DNA of 63,990 nucleotides, the filler included, from Folioceros fuciformis (lineage: Eukaryota), in NCBI GenBank assembly GCA_049999805.1. It is 5 parts of 4 records of this genome, joined end to end, with 100 filler letters (N's around TTAATTAATTAA, not from the genome) between each part and the next. Parts side by side here need not be neighbours in the genome. Positions count along the whole stretch, not along the records: positions 62,981 to 63,990 come from JBNGIO010006376.1; 4 more parts are not named here. One strand, written 5' to 3'. Position numbers and translations under genes: made by a program. Positions 63,193 through 63,990 of this stretch are shown piece after piece; positions within the stretch are counted from its first letter, which is position 1, and the number at the start of each line of letters is the position of its first letter. The notes beneath the pieces are model-generated. The model was not told the DNA's origin. It was given only the letters and a program-made list of their open reading frames with translations, and did not search any database.

Positions 63193-63990
63193 TCATGGTC
63201 GACCCTTACAACTGCAACAGCCATTTGCGAATCGATGCACACGGTACCCATCCCTCACAACAATGTCTCTCTGCTCAAGCCTCGACATGATCGCCGTGGA
63301 GCTGTGGCAATCACTGCACATGCGTAGATTCTTGGTTACCATCAGAGGTGTCCCATTCGGAGTGTTCAACAGACCAAACGCCAGAGCTAGCTTCTCAGCA
63401 TGCCCACAAAGCACGTCTTCCTTTTCCTTCTCACTCAGTGGCTTCAACACCAACTTTGTGTGAGGTACGTGGCCTCCTTCCTGCTTCACACGCGCATTCG
63501 TGCTCTCTACCTTAAGCGCAATATCATTTCTCCTTTCTCCCACCAGAAATCTGTGTACCTCCTTATTCACCTCAATGCTTGCCACTGCTGGCTTCTTCTG
63601 AGCTCCTGCTGCCTTTCTCTGTGTTTCAATCCTGTCTACATCGGTCCACCTACCTGCATCTGCATAGGCATTGGCCATGAGAACATAGGCAGGTGCCTCC
63701 TGCGGGTCCAGCCTAACAATGCTTTCAAAACACCACACAGCCCTCTCTAGATCTCCGTGACTTTTGCAGGCATTCAACAAAGATGTCAAACACACCACAT
63801 CACTTTGGCCCTCACATGATAATAGCATCCTCTCTGCCTCATCTAATTGGCCAGCACGCCCAAGAAGATCAATCATGCAGGTGTGATGCTCAACAGTAGG
63901 TATGACACCATGCTGTTCAGCCATGGAATCAAAGAGCTTGCGACCCTCCTGGACCAGACCCCCATGACTGCATGCTACTAGAAGGCAAGT
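63193..63990 (-). CDS. second PLS-PPR with DYW:KP (GRP-type) domain, 5'-partial
   Basis: CMIDLLGRAG, KKPAVASIEV, GHAEKLA, CSDCH, C-terminus CSCKGRP; close paralog of 7747-10209. Confidence 0.92.
   Translation of the reverse strand, partial: TCLLVACSHGGLVQEGRKLFDSMAEQHGVIPTVEHHTCMIDLLGRAGQLDEAERMLLSCEGQSDVVCLTSLLNACKSHGDLERAVWCFESIVRLDPQEAPAYVLMANAYADAGRWTDVDRIETQRKAAGAQKKPAVASIEVNKEVHRFLVGERRNDIALKVESTNARVKQEGGHVPHTKLVLKPLSEKEKEDVLCGHAEKLALAFGLLNTPNGTPLMVTKNLRMCSDCHSSTAIMSRLEQRDIVVRDGYRVHRFANGCCSCKGRP

Overview
Eukaryotic land-plant nuclear DNA made of five unrelated pieces joined by an artificial 100-nt linker (N44-TTAATTAATTAA-N44 at 20794, 39054, 50001, 62881), with several plain N gaps. 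High gene density, ~80-150 nt GT-AG introns, many intronless genes and two PLS-PPR genes ending in the DYW:KP 'GRP' variant suggest a hornwort-like plant (inference). Piece 1 (1-20.8 kb) holds NINJA/AFP-like, UBE3D-like, palmitoyl-protein thioesterase, a small basic Alb1-like protein, a PPR-DYW:KP gene, MYCBP-like, SEUSS-like and PHIP1-like genes. Piece 2 (20.9-39.0 kb) is nested, decayed Copia, Gypsy and LINE sequence. Piece 3 holds the GNL3/NSN1 5' end, STR11-like, RDM4/IWR1-like, DPH3 and an uncharacterised gene. Piece 4 holds RNF170-like, a chromovirus-type Gypsy and an SMP-C2 gene. Piece 5 holds a second GRP-type PPR (partial). Most notable: (i) a candidate U-to-C editing PPR with an N-terminal OSB-type 'PDF' ssDNA-binding motif; (ii) an intronless PPT1 ORF lying 63 nt downstream of, and in frame with, the upstream gene, separated by one TGA (candidate bicistronic or readthrough locus); (iii) a Gypsy element whose LTR appears to have AG...CT rather than TG...CA termini. 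Family calls come from recalled motifs, not database searches.
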